From contig MCFH01000006.1 of the NCBI GenBank assembly GCA_002104945.1, positions 186,001-250,000 on the forward strand: 64,000 nucleotides of DNA, given 5' to 3'. The stretch is from Piromyces finnis finn. Its lineage: Eukaryota > Fungi > Neocallimastigomycota. How positions within the stretch are numbered: position 1 is the stretch's first letter; every line of letters starts with the position of its first letter. Positions 63,851-64,000 of this stretch are shown piece after piece. The position numbers and the translations under genes are program-made. The notes beneath the pieces are model-generated. The model was not told the DNA's origin. It saw only the letters and a program-made list of their open reading frames with translations, and ran no database searches.

Positions 63851-64000
63851 TATTCTTTCTTAATAGTTTTTTTTTTAAAGGCGCTTTTTTTTATTGCTTA
63901 AAAAATAAATATATATATATATATATAAATGAAAGTGTTTTTTTTTTACTTTAATATTTTATTTTATATAATTATAATTATATATGTTATCGAATATATT

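Overview
Extremely AT-rich eukaryotic genomic DNA with short GT-AG introns and many microsatellites. A gene carrying fungal non-catalytic dockerin (CBM10-type) domains points to an anaerobic gut fungus (Neocallimastigomycota). Splicing the ORF track by hand gives about 15 intron-containing genes: a tandem pair of signal peptide/Cys-ectodomain/TM/SH3 receptor-like genes, SSRP1/POB3, a SMARCC/SWI3 subunit, an ANKRD40-like protein, a double-PHD Rco1/PHF12-like protein, MED18, the PP2A A subunit, a BCH-RhoGAP, YKT6, a dockerin-bearing GH48, a large low-complexity coiled-coil protein, a haspin-like protein, a WD40 protein and an LRR receptor-like protein. The top observation is an intact 8-exon, 773-aa GH48 with three dockerins in which both catalytic carboxylate positions align to basic residues (Glu to Lys, Asp to Arg), so it is a candidate non-catalytic cellulosome subunit. 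Next are a haspin-like pseudokinase (HRD to HRE, no Gly-rich loop) ending in a CaaX box (CIIL), the SH3 receptor pair (invariant SH3, diverged ectodomain), and one or two unannotated H/ACA snoRNA-like structures. All family assignments come from motif recognition by eye, not from database searches.
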